A stretch of DNA of 63,625 nt, filler included, from Acidimicrobiia bacterium (GTDB taxonomy: Bacteria > Actinomycetota > Acidimicrobiia > Spongiisociales > JAHEDJ01), in the NCBI GenBank assembly GCA_029210695.1. It is 3 parts of 3 records of this genome, joined end to end, with 100 filler letters (N's around TTAATTAATTAA, not from the genome) between each part and the next. Parts side by side here need not be neighbours in the genome. Positions count along the whole stretch, not along the records: positions 21,717 to 42,847 come from JARGFH010000059.1; positions 42,948 to 63,625 come from JARGFH010000061.1; 1 more part is not named here. One strand, given 5' to 3'. The position numbers were made by a program, and so were the translations under genes. The notes beneath the pieces are model-generated. The model did not search any database. It was not told the origin of the DNA and was given only the letters and a program-made list of their open reading frames with translations. Shown here one piece after another: positions 42,327 through 53,263 of the stretch; positions within the stretch are counted from its first letter, which is position 1, and each line of letters opens with the position of its first letter.

Positions 42327-42803
42327 ATGGATCGTGGACTTGGAACGGCAGTTGATGACCTGATCGCCGCCCAGCATGGAGTCGTCAGTCGCGGGCAACT
42401 CATCGATGCAGGCGTCAACCCAGGTGTGATTGCGAACCGGTTGCGCAGCGGTGCGTTGGTCCGGGTGGATCGAGGTGTCTATCGCGCCAGGTCGGCTCCG
42501 CCATCCGCCGAGCAGGTACTGATGACGGCGGTGCTCGGCGTCGCCGGCGAGACGGTGGTGTCCCACCAATCGGCCGCTTATCTGTGGGGTTTGCTGAATC
42601 GGCTTCCGGCGGTCCCGCACGTCACAACTCAACCCGGACGATGGCGGTCGAAGCCTTATCGCGTTCATCGTTCGTCCGATCTTGCTCCTCATCATGTCAC
42701 CGAGGTCCGCGGTGTTCCAACCACCATCCCGGCGAGGACCGTCGTAGACCTCGGCGCGAACGCTCCTCGGCTAGGTGGCTGCCGAAAAAGTGGCTTTCGG
42801 TGA
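42327..42803 (+). pseudogene. AbiEi-like (type IV TA antitoxin-domain) protein, probably truncated after about 148 codons
   Basis: AAQHGVVSRGQL...G.L.RV.RGVY, SHQSAAYLWG, G.PTT.PARTVVDL; the frame ends shortly after CTAG (42771) in sequence resembling an IS end. Confidence 0.7.
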
Positions 42804-42847
42804 GGTTGGTTGGCGGCGGGCCAGTCGTGGGTGATGCCGGAGACCAT
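42775..42847. mobile_element. Possible IS end (IS5/IS1182-like) at the contig edge
   Basis: GGCTGCCGAAAAAGT follows CTAG; coding character is lost and the contig ends. Confidence 0.35.
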
Positions 42848-42947
42848 NNNNNNNNNNNNNNNNNNNNNNNNNNNNNNNNNNNNNNNNNNNNTTAATTAAT
42901 TAANNNNNNNNNNNNNNNNNNNNNNNNNNNNNNNNNNNNNNNNNNNN
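42848..42947. other. Artificial contig-joining linker
   Basis: N44-TTAATTAATTAA-N44. Confidence 0.98.
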
Positions 42948-43520
<573 letters not shown>

Positions 43521-43521
43521 C

Positions 43522-44145
43522 TACGTCACCATGAGCCGAGGCCGGGAAGCAAACACGATCTACCTCACCGATCCAGACCTCAACGAGAGCGAATGCACGC
43601 ACCTAACCCACCAACACCCCGACCGGCTGCCCGCCCTTGTCACGGCCCTCGGTCGCACGGCCACGGAGCCGGCGGCTTCTGACACTGGACGGGGACCTAG
43701 GACCATCACAGACGGACAACTGAACGAGCGCCTGGCCGCCCTGGAGGCACAACTTGAATTGAGAGCCACCGAGCCCCGCGACGGCCGGGACGACCTTCTT
43801 GCCGACTACATCGCTCTCCACGGGGAGGCTCGCGCCCGACATCGAGACCGGCTCGACGCCATCGCATACGAGCCACCTGACTGGATCGTCGATGTCATCG
43901 GCGAGCGGCCCGCCGAAACAGATCGTCGAGCCGCCTGGGACGCGATAGCCGATCGGGCAGTTCGCTACCGGACCGAGAACCGGGTTCCGGATGATGCTCC
44001 CGGTCTCTTGGGACCAGGGCCGAGCAGTGGCGAAATCGAGCGACGCGTGGATTGGCTGGCGGCCCGCCGAGAGTTGAAGCGGAGTCTGCCTGCGCTGCAG
44101 GATCCTGGTTACGGAGAAAGAGGCCACGAGGTGGCGGTCTTCTAG
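43522..44145 (+). pseudogene. C-terminal remnant of a MobF/TrwC-TraA relaxase-helicase, interrupted by IS3
   Basis: Begins in helicase motif VI (YVTMSRGREANTIY) right at the IS end; C-terminal PP.W....IG.RP...R.AWD...YR pattern typical of actinobacterial relaxases. Confidence 0.7.
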
Positions 44146-44151
44146 TATCGG

Positions 44152-44703
44152 TTGGGACCAGCGGCGAGTGGAGACGTGACAATAACTACGAATGAAGATC
44201 AGATCGCGTCGATCCTGTCGGTTGTCCGTCTCGGAGACCTGGACCATCGGGGTTGGTGGCGCTCGCATGGTCTCGATGAAACCGGTTCGTTCCTGCTATC
44301 CCGTTCTTTCAAACGAACTTGGGCGGCGACGGCAATGGAGCTCTCGATGGTGTCCGCTCGAGCCCGTCACGAAGAAGCTCTCGGGCGCAAGGACGCTATT
44401 CATCTCTTCTCCGACGAGATTCCCTTCTACCGGTTGGTCCATTCTTGGCTTCTGGAACAGAAGCTCGAGGACGACCTCACGCCATTCGAACCGTTCCAGA
44501 CCGCCACCACAGACCAGCTCCTCGACCGACTTCCGGACGGGCCACAGGTCGAGCGCCGCGGGTCCGGGTTGTTCCTCGGCACCATCTCCCGATCCGACGT
44601 CGAGGACGCCGACCGTCTCGACGAGGTGCTGGCCGGCCTTATCGGGGCCTACCGCACCATCAACGCCGAGTTCCTTGCCCCCTACTTCGACCTCACCGCA
44701 TGA
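44152..44703 (+). CDS. brxE: BrxE-like BREX protein (alternative GTG start at 44176)
   Basis: RLG.....GWW.S...F.RT......A..RHE..LG...HLF pattern recalled for BrxE; first gene of the operon, ATGA overlap with brxA. Confidence 0.7.
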   Translation: MGPAASGDVTITTNEDQIASILSVVRLGDLDHRGWWRSHGLDETGSFLLSRSFKRTWAATAMELSMVSARARHEEALGRKDAIHLFSDEIPFYRLVHSWLLEQKLEDDLTPFEPFQTATTDQLLDRLPDGPQVERRGSGLFLGTISRSDVEDADRLDEVLAGLIGAYRTINAEFLAPYFDLTA

Positions 44704-45449
44704 CTGAGTTCACCACTCGCATCATCAAAGGTGGGGCGCTTCTCGCCGAGACTCGGCGCCTACTCGAGGTATGGGACGAGTCGGAGCCAACCGATGCCAA
44801 CCTCGACCGCATACGCACCCTGAACCTCCTCGGACTGCCGTCCCGTAAGCGGACCGAGGACACCCTCCAGATACTCCGCCAGCGCTTCGTTGACCCAGCG
44901 CAGCCGCTCCTTTCGACCCTTCGCATGATCAGTCGGGACAGCTCGGCCTTCCGCGATACGTGCTACTTCGAGGCGACCCGAAACGACGACCTTCTCGCTT
45001 TTGTAGCTGAGAATGTCCTGTTCGACTGGTGGGAACAGGGTCGCAGCAGCGTCACCACCGACCAACTTGAGCGCACGCTTCTCGACATCACTCCCGACCC
45101 GGATCTCAAGGCATGGGGTGATGCCACTCGCCGGCGTGTCGTCCATGGCCTCCTGTCGGCTCTTCGTGACTTCGGCGTCTTGAAAGGAAGGGCAAACAAG
45201 CATCTGGCCCCACCACACCTGACCATTGCCGGATTCGCCTACGTCACCGCCCGATTGCGGCACGAGGACGTCGCAGACATACCCACGACCCACGTGTGGC
45301 GGCGATGGCTTCTGGACGAGCATCGCGTCCGCGCACTGTTCCTTGAGGCCGACCGAATAGGACTCCTCCGATACTCCGAAGCGGGCTCGGTCACGCGGCT
45401 CGACTGGATCCACAATGAACTGGAGGAGATCGTCCGTGTCGCTGTCTAG
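44700..45449 (+). CDS. brxA: BrxA (DUF1819-like)
   Basis: FTTRIIKGGALL, N.LG..S..R, W...T..RV...LLS.LRDFG.L.G; position in the operon. Confidence 0.8.
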   Translation: MTEFTTRIIKGGALLAETRRLLEVWDESEPTDANLDRIRTLNLLGLPSRKRTEDTLQILRQRFVDPAQPLLSTLRMISRDSSAFRDTCYFEATRNDDLLAFVAENVLFDWWEQGRSSVTTDQLERTLLDITPDPDLKAWGDATRRRVVHGLLSALRDFGVLKGRANKHLAPPHLTIAGFAYVTARLRHEDVADIPTTHVWRRWLLDEHRVRALFLEADRIGLLRYSEAGSVTRLDWIHNELEEIVRVAV

Positions 45450-46023
45450 GCCGCTTCAGGAGATCCGCGACGACGTCATCCGCTTCGTTGAGCGATCCAA
45501 CACAACCGAAGTTCCACCGTACTTCGTCTATGTGTACGACCCAAAGGACGAGTATCCCGTCCGACGGGATATGGCCGATCTGAAGCTGGCCTTCGAAGCG
45601 AACGACATTCGGTGCGCCTCTATCTCGCTAGCCGACCTCTTCTGGGAGGCCATCGACGCCTCGGGTGATTATGACGCCATCGTGGGTGAGGAGCTTGCCC
45701 GGCCAGATGACCCGAAGGCCCTCGACGACATCCACCAAACCATTAACGAGATCCTCCGAGACGAACCCAGCCTGTCGCAGAGGGTCAGGCAGAGAATGGA
45801 ATCCTTTCCGGCTCGCTCGGTGGCGTTCCTGTATCGCGCAGGAGCTCTGTATCCCGCATACCGAACGTCTTCGCTATTGGAGGATCTTCGGGAACGCCTG
45901 TTGGTCCCGGTGGTGCTCATGTACCCGGGACATGTGGTCGGAGGCGTTGGCCTGAGTTTCATGGGAAAGTGCGAGCCAGCCCACGGCTACCGAGCCAAGA
46001 TCGTGCAGAGGAGTGGCGTGTGA
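45436..46023 (+). CDS. brxB: BrxB (DUF1788-like)
   Basis: YVYDP.DE, GALYP.YRTS.LL, PVVLMYPG, L.FMG, YRA; SD GGAGGAG before GTG 45436. Confidence 0.85.
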   Translation: MSLSRPLQEIRDDVIRFVERSNTTEVPPYFVYVYDPKDEYPVRRDMADLKLAFEANDIRCASISLADLFWEAIDASGDYDAIVGEELARPDDPKALDDIHQTINEILRDEPSLSQRVRQRMESFPARSVAFLYRAGALYPAYRTSSLLEDLRERLLVPVVLMYPGHVVGGVGLSFMGKCEPAHGYRAKIVQRSGV

Positions 46024-49000
46024 TCATCAAGGAGATCTTCAAGAACGACCTGTCCCGGAGGATCAAGGAGGTCATCAAAGTCGACGACCCCGATCTCGGG
46101 ACCGTCGCCGAGGAAATCGAGGACTACTGGGTCACAAACCACATCGAAGGTGAGTTCATCAAGGTCCTCGACGTGTACCAGGACACCATCCTGAACCCGT
46201 CCGAGGAAGTCAACGTCTGGGTCTCGGGGTTCTTCGGGTCAGGCAAGTCATCGTTCGCCAAAGTCCTCGGGTACATCCTCGCCAACCCCACCCTGGGGAC
46301 CAGCACAGCCGCCGAGCTCTTCACTCAACAGCTCAAGGGCGACAGCGTCACAGCGTTGCTGAACACCATCCACGATCGAGCTCCAGCCCTATCGGTTTTC
46401 GTCGACCTTTCAGCGGGAACCCAGGTTCTGAAAGAGGGCGAGAGCATCATCCTCCCGCTCTATCGCGAATTGTTGTCCCTACTCGGCTACTCCCGTGAAC
46501 CACGGCTCGCCGAACTCGAGTTCACGCTGGAGGAGGATGACGATCTCGCGGAGTTCGAACGGCTCTTTGAAGAGGCCAATGATGGGAAGGTATGGAAAGA
46601 CCGCCGTCACCGCGCCCTGGCCGCCAACGAGGCCTCTGCTGCAATGCATCTGCTGCGCCCCACGGTCTACAACCAGCCCGACAGTTGGGCCCGTGGGAGT
46701 CAGCAATACCCGGAACTAACCGCCAATGCGTTCGCTCAACGGGCCCTCGAACTGCTCGAACGCCGTCGTCCCGGATGGAAGCGGGTCGTCTTCATCGTCG
46801 ACGAGGTGGGGCAGTACGTGGCCACCGATGTACATCGCATGCTCGACCTGCAAGGCATCGCCCAGGCGTTCCAGAAGCAAGACGGACGGTTGTGGCTCGT
46901 AGCCACTTCGCAAGAAGCGCTCGAAGAGGTGGTGTCGGCGCTGGGTGGAAAGCGAGTCGAACTCGCCCGGGTCCAGGACAGGTTCCCAATTCGGGTCGAC
47001 CTCGCCACGAGCGATATCGAAGAAGTGGTGAGCCATCGGGTTCTTTCAAAGACCGCCGATGGCAAGGCCGTCGTGAGGAAGATCTACGACGACTACGCCA
47101 ATCAGCTCCTCGCCAACGTGACCCTGGACTCATCGGCACTCGGCCGGGAATTCACCGGTGACGAGTTCGTGCAGTTCTACCCGCTTCTCCCATACCAGAT
47201 CGAGCTGTTCATCCGAGCGGTGTCCGCTCACCGCGCCAGAGGGGGCGCAGGCCCCATGTTCGGAGGTACCAACCGAACCCTCATCCGGCTGGCTCAACAG
47301 CTCATCATCAACCAGCAAACAAACCTGGGCTCTCGTGACGTCGGTGACCTGGCGACAGCGGCCATGGCATACGACCTGCTCGAAGGGATTATCCCGGACG
47401 CCTGGCGATTTGAGATCGACCAGACGACGGAACGCCACGGGACAAAGTCGCTGGCACCAGCAGTAGCCAAAGCGGTGGCCCTCCTGTCGGATGTTCCCCA
47501 AGTCCACCTCCGCCGACCGAATCTCGCGGTCCTCCTCCACCCTGCGGTGGCCGCGGAGTCCCTCGATCCAGAGGTCGGCGACGCCCTTCAGCACCTCACA
47601 GACGACGAGACTCTCCGGGAGACCGACGAGGGATTCCGGCTCCAATCCCCGGAAGAAAAGGACTGGGAAAAGCGGCGGCGATCGCTTGGGCTCAAGACCG
47701 GACAGTTCCGTCGGATCGTGCGGGAGCGACTCGCAGATCTGCTCTCGGGGGTCACTGCCTCGGCGTCCCGCGAATTCAAGCTGGGCCTCCTCTTCGACGA
47801 GGAGCGAATCACCGACGGCGATATTCACGTGCGAATCCTGGAGGGTGGCGCCGACCAGACGGACCGAGCGGTACGACTGTCCCGCGAAACCGCCCACGAA
47901 TCGGACCTGTTCGTGGTGTTCGAGCGGTCAGACAAGACGTGGCGTACCGCCGAAGAGCTGTATCGATCTCGAGAAATGATCAGAGAGACGGAAACCCGCG
48001 CCCGAACGGGCGAAGAAACCGGCTTACTCCACGAAGAACGAAAGCGCGCCGACCGACTCCAACACGATCTCGACCGTGCCCTAGGTGCCGACCTTCTCGA
48101 CGGCCACGTTGTCTTCCAAGGCGTCGAGGAGTCCTTCTCCGGATCTGACATCAGGTCGGCGTTGTCGACTGCTGTTGCCGAGCGGGTGGCGAAGATCTAT
48201 CCGCACCTCAGCGATTGGGCCGCCCCGATCAAACGAACATACGCCCTGTCAATCCTGAAAGATGACGACCTCAGCGGGCTTCCAGCCTCTCTCGGCGAAG
48301 ACGGGCTAGGCATCGTTAGAGCTACGCCGAGCGGGCACGAGATCGCTAAAGACGCTCCGGCAATTGCCGCATTCCTCCAGGAAGTCGATAAGCGGCGCAG
48401 CTACGGCCAAGAGGCATCGGGCCGCTACTTGGAGTCCCATTTCGGTAACCCCCCCTACGGCGGCGACGTAGACATGGTGATGATCGTGGCGGCTGCCGCG
48501 ATGCGGTCTGGGGAGGTCGAGATTACATCTGACGGTGCAAGACTGCGGTCGCACACAGACGCCAGGCTAGAGAAGGTGTTCTCGTCGCTGCCGAAGTTCA
48601 GGTCGGCGGCGTTCCTTCCGCGCGAGGAACGGGTTGATGCCGCCGCCAAGACCAGGGTCGCTCGCCTCTTGGACGAACTGACGGGGGACCGGACCCCAAT
48701 CGCTACCGACCAGCTAGCCCGCGCAATTGTTGAGGGGCTTGCCGCGGATCGTGAGCGGGTTGGCCGGCTTGCGGCCATGCTTCAAGGTGCCGGGCTCCTG
48801 GTACCGGAGAGCATTCAGTCCGCGCATCGGGTTTTGGCACGGTCGACCACCGAAGGCGATGAAGATCGGATCGGCTCGATCGATGGCGCAAGAGCTGATA
48901 TCAAGGACGGGATTCTCGCCGCTCGCAGGCTCGACGATCTCTTCGGGGAGGATGATCGCTTTTCGCTCCTCAGATCTGCCAGGCAAATCGTCTCCTCGCC

Positions 49001-49520
49001 GCCGCTGGAGCTCTCGGAATCCGGTCGAGAGCGTCTCGAAGCGGTGCGGGCGGTACTTAACGCGGCCGACTACGCCGACAGCTTCGCCGACCTGCGAAGC
49101 GCAGTCGAAGGGATCGATGAGGAACAGCGCGAAGCCTGGCAGAGCTCACAGCGGGCGCTTGGAGAGCGTTACGAACAAGCTCGAATCGAGGCAGTTGTTG
49201 TTGTGAGACAGCTCCCCGAGCCAGATCAGGAGGAGCTCCTTCGCCGGCTCGATGATTTCAAGCCACATCCAGACTGGCGTTTCGAGACTGGACCCAGCAT
49301 CGACCGCTTGCGTGCCCTCGCGGCGAGCCTGCCGAACGAGGTTGACAAGATTAGGTGGGAGGCCGGCAGATCGACCGGCGTCGAGGTCATCCAGGCAAGA
49401 GCCCGCCAGCTTTATCCGAACACGGTCACGTCCGAGGAGGAGCTCGACGCTCTGCTCAGCTCCATTCGCGGGGCAGGCGAGTCGGCCCTCGGTGATGGCA
49501 AATACTTCCAACTCTCATGA
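46020..49520 (+). CDS. brxC: BREX P-loop ATPase BrxC
   Basis: R.I.EVIKVD, WVSGFFGSGKS (Walker A), FIVDEVGQY (Walker B), ATSQE, QDRF, YPLLPYQ, PPYG. Confidence 0.92.
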   Translation: MIIKEIFKNDLSRRIKEVIKVDDPDLGTVAEEIEDYWVTNHIEGEFIKVLDVYQDTILNPSEEVNVWVSGFFGSGKSSFAKVLGYILANPTLGTSTAAELFTQQLKGDSVTALLNTIHDRAPALSVFVDLSAGTQVLKEGESIILPLYRELLSLLGYSREPRLAELEFTLEEDDDLAEFERLFEEANDGKVWKDRRHRALAANEASAAMHLLRPTVYNQPDSWARGSQQYPELTANAFAQRALELLERRRPGWKRVVFIVDEVGQYVATDVHRMLDLQGIAQAFQKQDGRLWLVATSQEALEEVVSALGGKRVELARVQDRFPIRVDLATSDIEEVVSHRVLSKTADGKAVVRKIYDDYANQLLANVTLDSSALGREFTGDEFVQFYPLLPYQIELFIRAVSAHRARGGAGPMFGGTNRTLIRLAQQLIINQQTNLGSRDVGDLATAAMAYDLLEGIIPDAWRFEIDQTTERHGTKSLAPAVAKAVALLSDVPQVHLRRPNLAVLLHPAVAAESLDPEVGDALQHLTDDETLRETDEGFRLQSPEEKDWEKRRRSLGLKTGQFRRIVRERLADLLSGVTASASREFKLGLLFDEERITDGDIHVRILEGGADQTDRAVRLSRETAHESDLFVVFERSDKTWRTAEELYRSREMIRETETRARTGEETGLLHEERKRADRLQHDLDRALGADLLDGHVVFQGVEESFSGSDIRSALSTAVAERVAKIYPHLSDWAAPIKRTYALSILKDDDLSGLPASLGEDGLGIVRATPSGHEIAKDAPAIAAFLQEVDKRRSYGQEASGRYLESHFGNPPYGGDVDMVMIVAAAAMRSGEVEITSDGARLRSHTDARLEKVFSSLPKFRSAAFLPREERVDAAAKTRVARLLDELTGDRTPIATDQLARAIVEGLAADRERVGRLAAMLQGAGLLVPESIQSAHRVLARSTTEGDEDRIGSIDGARADIKDGILAARRLDDLFGEDDRFSLLRSARQIVSSPPLELSESGRERLEAVRAVLNAADYADSFADLRSAVEGIDEEQREAWQSSQRALGERYEQARIEAVVVVRQLPEPDQEELLRRLDDFKPHPDWRFETGPSIDRLRALAASLPNEVDKIRWEAGRSTGVEVIQARARQLYPNTVTSEEELDALLSSIRGAGESALGDGKYFQLS

Positions 49521-52500
49521 CGGTCTCAGCTGAACAGCGCTCAGGGTTGGCGCGGGCAGTCTCCCGCCTGAGGAACGTCTTCGAGGAGGACTTCGCCAAC
49601 CTGGCCGAGGGGAAGTTCGGCATCTACCTGTCAGGGCGCCGGGCGGGGGAGGTCGACGCCATCGATGCATTGAGCCTCTCTGCTCACGACGTTGCGGCCC
49701 GAAGCGAGTTAGTCGGCGTGATCGGCTATTTGCTTGGCGAAGGATTGGGTGCGGCCGCGGCAGTGGAGCGAATGCTGCGCGAGGCGGTCTTCACAACGGT
49801 GAACCGCCTATTGGCGATCCGGGTGGCAGAGGCGATCGGGGTGCTTCCCCCGTCGCTGGCCTCCGGTACCACATCGCAGGGGTTCGTGGAGGCCTTGGAG
49901 GGGTTCCCACTGCTTCGTGAGGCTGATGACTCGGGAGGCTATTGGACCTACCTTCAGATCTGCGGCGATGAGCTGTCGCATGCGGTACCAAGGCTCTTCG
50001 ATCGCCGCAATCCCTTATCGTCGCTAGTGCCATCGGCCGATGTACTAGAGAGGGCAGTGACGACTCTATCGGACCCGGACTTGGCCGACATGTGGGTCGA
50101 GCCGGACGCGCTGGGATGGGCGTATCAGTTCTTCAACACCCAAGAGGAGCGAGTCGAGGCCAAAAGCCAAGATCATCCGCATGCTCTGGCTGTTCGAACC
50201 CAGTTCTTCACTCCTGGCTACGTGGTCGACTTCCTAGTTCAGAACACGCTGGGTCGGAGACTCCGCGAGTCCGGATTCGGTATGGAGTTGCCGCTGCTCA
50301 TTGGCGACATACAGACTGGCAACCCCGTCTTGGAGCTAGCGGACGTTGCTGTCTTGGACCCGGCCGTGGGGTCGGCGCATTTCCTTCTTGGCGCGTACGA
50401 GATCTTGGAACGCGCCTGGCGCGAGATGGGTGTTTCTTCCACGGATGCCGCGCCGAAGATCCTTGGGTCTCTATATGGAATCGAGATTGACAATCGGGCG
50501 GCACAGGTCGCCCAGGCCGTGTTGTACTTGAGAGCCCGGCAGTCCGCCCCCGATGGCCGTCTAGATGCTCCAGCCATCGTCACTGCGCGACCACTACCGA
50601 AAGATCCGGCTGTCCGATCATTGGTGATGGCGGACGTATCCTCGGCAGTTCGCGACATCGTTATGGGTCTCGATGCCCTGCTCGAACAAGCCCCTGTGCT
50701 CGGCTCACTCCTCAAGCCAGAGGAGTACCTTCGGAGCGCGATCGGAGAACGTGTGAAGCGGCCTCAGTTGGGAGACGCTGTACCCAAGAGCTATGAAGAG
50801 GCTGAGGCGTCCGTCCTTGAAGCCGTGTCGAGGATCGCTAGCGATTCGGCCTCAACCACGGCTGAGCGGCTGTTCGCCGCAGACGCCCACGATGCTTTGC
50901 GCTTTGCAGAGCTGTGCGCACGCCGATACGACGCGATAGTGATGAATCCGCCATTCGGAGAGTGCCTGTCGGCCGCGACTCGTTGGCTCAAGCAGACATA
51001 TGGCAGTCATGCAACAGAGCTGTATTCCGCCTTTGCGCAGCGAGGTATCGAGCTGGCCAACTCTCATGGTTACGTTGGAACGATCGCGGCTCGTCCGGGG
51101 TTCTTCTTGAAGTCATTCGAGAAGTGGCGATCGGATGTTGTGATACCTCGGCTGGTTGCAGCAGCCGACTTCGGATACGGAGCGGTGGAGGCGGCTGTCG
51201 TCGAGATTACTGCTTTCGTATCAGCTGGCATGGCCGCCGAGCGCACCGCAGCATTCTGGAGACTTCTAAATGAACGCGACAAAGAAGCTGCGATGGGGCA
51301 CCCTGAGAGTGCGGATCTTTTTCGCGTTCACTCGTCCGACTTCTTGAAGATACCCGGCATTCCGCTCGCTTACTGGGTGAGTCCCACGTTGCGAGAACTA
51401 TTTGAACGTCCGCGACTCGGAGACGGCGCCGACGTTCAGCACGGGGCTTCCAGCAAGGACGATTTCCGATTCCTCCGACTTTGGTGGGAAGTCCCGGCGC
51501 GAGCTGTCGGCAAAGAGAATCGATGGGTTCCGTTTGCCAAAGGTGGCGAATACGCTCCCTACTTTGCTGATCTTCATTTGCTTATCGACTGGGAGGATGA
51601 CGCGCGCAGGATCGCGGCTTCGGTCACCTCAAAGTATCCATATCTCAAGGGTGATCCGGAGTGGGTTCTTCACAGGGCCAGTCGCCATTTCGAACCGGGA
51701 CTCACATACACTCGATTCACCACATCGGATTTTGGTCCAAGGGTGCTGCCGGCTGGAGCCGTGTTCTCGGATCAGGGATTCGGGGTGTTCGCGTCAGGCG
51801 GTGGTGAAGCCAACTACGGATTGCTCGGATACCTGAATACAAGGCTCGTTCGGTATCTACTGGATCTGCAGCTCGCGGCGGGTGAGGGTACGCAGGCCGG
51901 AACCCCGGGTCGCAAATACGAGATCAGCAAAGTGCAAGTGCTGCCATACTTCTCTTGTGAGGGGTTGACGAGCAGTGTGCAGTCTTTGGTGCGGTATCAC
52001 CAGAGCGAGTTCCTCGCCGATGAGACCTCTCACCTCTTCCTCTCGCCGCGCGCGCTGGTCAACCTAGGCAAAGATCTGTCAGCGGTGGAGGCCATACAGT
52101 TGGCCTACGGTATCGAGATTGCAACTATGAATGGCCTCGGTCTCGATGAGGCTGCTGTGTCAGATCTCGTGATTGAGCGCGGACTGCATCCGGCGGAGTA
52201 TCCGGCCCGTTCGCCGGGTGAGATGCAGGACCTCCGAACCTTGTGGAAGATGCCCATCGCTCACTTAGCGAGTGAGGCGGTCAAGCGAGCGGGCGGCGCT
52301 CGGCATCTGGCAGTTCAGTCCTATTGGGTCGACCGTAGGCTTGAGCTGCTGTCGCACGTGCTTGAAGCACATCCCGAATCGATAGTCGCTGCGGCCGAAG
52401 AAATGAACCTTCCGGTACGGCCGACAGAGCCGCGGTTGGACATTTCCTACTGTCTTGGGCTGAGCCTCGGTCGGTGGGATCTCCGGCATTGGGATGATGG

Positions 52501-53263
52501 CAGACCCTCAAACGCGCTACCGGATCCGTTCGATCCGTTACCCGTGTGCTCTCCTGGAATGCTGACGGATGATGACGGGTTGCCTTCGCGCACGCAACCA
52601 GAAGGCTATCCGTTGGCGTTACCGCCGGATCGGATACTGGTTGACGACCCTGATCAGGCTTGGGACGTGGTGCACGCCGTCGAGACTGTCGCCGAGATCC
52701 TGTTCCGCGATGCGGATCGCGAACTGAGAAGGGCGATGGAGCCTCTGAAAGCCAGGGATCTGCGGTCCCTGTTCCGGTCGAGGTTCTTCATGGAGCACGT
52801 GACGTTGTATTCGAAGTCGAGGCGAAAGGCACCGATCTATTGGTACCTGTCCGTGCCGTCGAGAGAGTGGGGTCTTTGGGTATATGCGCCTTGGCTGTCG
52901 CGCGAACAGTTGTTCGCCATCGCCCGCCACGCTCAGGACAAGCTTCGCCGGCTCTCGGACGAGGCCGCGCAACTTCGTCGTGACGTCGAGGCCCGGGGCC
53001 GAGATGTCCGGGAGCGCCTTGAGCTAGTGGACGATCTCCATCGGGAGGTGAAGGTGTTCCAGGAGCGAGCGGAAGCCGTGGCACAGTCAGGGTGGGAACC
53101 GGATCTGAACGATGGGATCATTCTCAACGCAGCACCATTGGAGGATCTCTTCGCAGACCCCAAGTGGCGCAAGGACGTTGCCGAACACAGGAAGAAGATG
53201 GAGAAGGGTGAATACCCCTGGGCGACGGTTCAGCGGGACTACTTCGATCGGCTGAAGGCATGA
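49517..53263 (+). CDS. pglX: BREX adenine-specific DNA methyltransferase PglX (BrxX)
   Basis: LGWAYQFF, TQFFTP.YVV, VLDPAVGSAHF (motif I), MNPPF (motif IV), RKAPIYW, PDLNDGIILN. Confidence 0.92.
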   Translation: MTVSAEQRSGLARAVSRLRNVFEEDFANLAEGKFGIYLSGRRAGEVDAIDALSLSAHDVAARSELVGVIGYLLGEGLGAAAAVERMLREAVFTTVNRLLAIRVAEAIGVLPPSLASGTTSQGFVEALEGFPLLREADDSGGYWTYLQICGDELSHAVPRLFDRRNPLSSLVPSADVLERAVTTLSDPDLADMWVEPDALGWAYQFFNTQEERVEAKSQDHPHALAVRTQFFTPGYVVDFLVQNTLGRRLRESGFGMELPLLIGDIQTGNPVLELADVAVLDPAVGSAHFLLGAYEILERAWREMGVSSTDAAPKILGSLYGIEIDNRAAQVAQAVLYLRARQSAPDGRLDAPAIVTARPLPKDPAVRSLVMADVSSAVRDIVMGLDALLEQAPVLGSLLKPEEYLRSAIGERVKRPQLGDAVPKSYEEAEASVLEAVSRIASDSASTTAERLFAADAHDALRFAELCARRYDAIVMNPPFGECLSAATRWLKQTYGSHATELYSAFAQRGIELANSHGYVGTIAARPGFFLKSFEKWRSDVVIPRLVAAADFGYGAVEAAVVEITAFVSAGMAAERTAAFWRLLNERDKEAAMGHPESADLFRVHSSDFLKIPGIPLAYWVSPTLRELFERPRLGDGADVQHGASSKDDFRFLRLWWEVPARAVGKENRWVPFAKGGEYAPYFADLHLLIDWEDDARRIAASVTSKYPYLKGDPEWVLHRASRHFEPGLTYTRFTTSDFGPRVLPAGAVFSDQGFGVFASGGGEANYGLLGYLNTRLVRYLLDLQLAAGEGTQAGTPGRKYEISKVQVLPYFSCEGLTSSVQSLVRYHQSEFLADETSHLFLSPRALVNLGKDLSAVEAIQLAYGIEIATMNGLGLDEAAVSDLVIERGLHPAEYPARSPGEMQDLRTLWKMPIAHLASEAVKRAGGARHLAVQSYWVDRRLELLSHVLEAHPESIVAAAEEMNLPVRPTEPRLDISYCLGLSLGRWDLRHWDDGRPSNALPDPFDPLPVCSPGMLTDDDGLPSRTQPEGYPLALPPDRILVDDPDQAWDVVHAVETVAEILFRDADRELRRAMEPLKARDLRSLFRSRFFMEHVTLYSKSRRKAPIYWYLSVPSREWGLWVYAPWLSREQLFAIARHAQDKLRRLSDEAAQLRRDVEARGRDVRERLELVDDLHREVKVFQERAEAVAQSGWEPDLNDGIILNAAPLEDLFADPKWRKDVAEHRKKMEKGEYPWATVQRDYFDRLKA

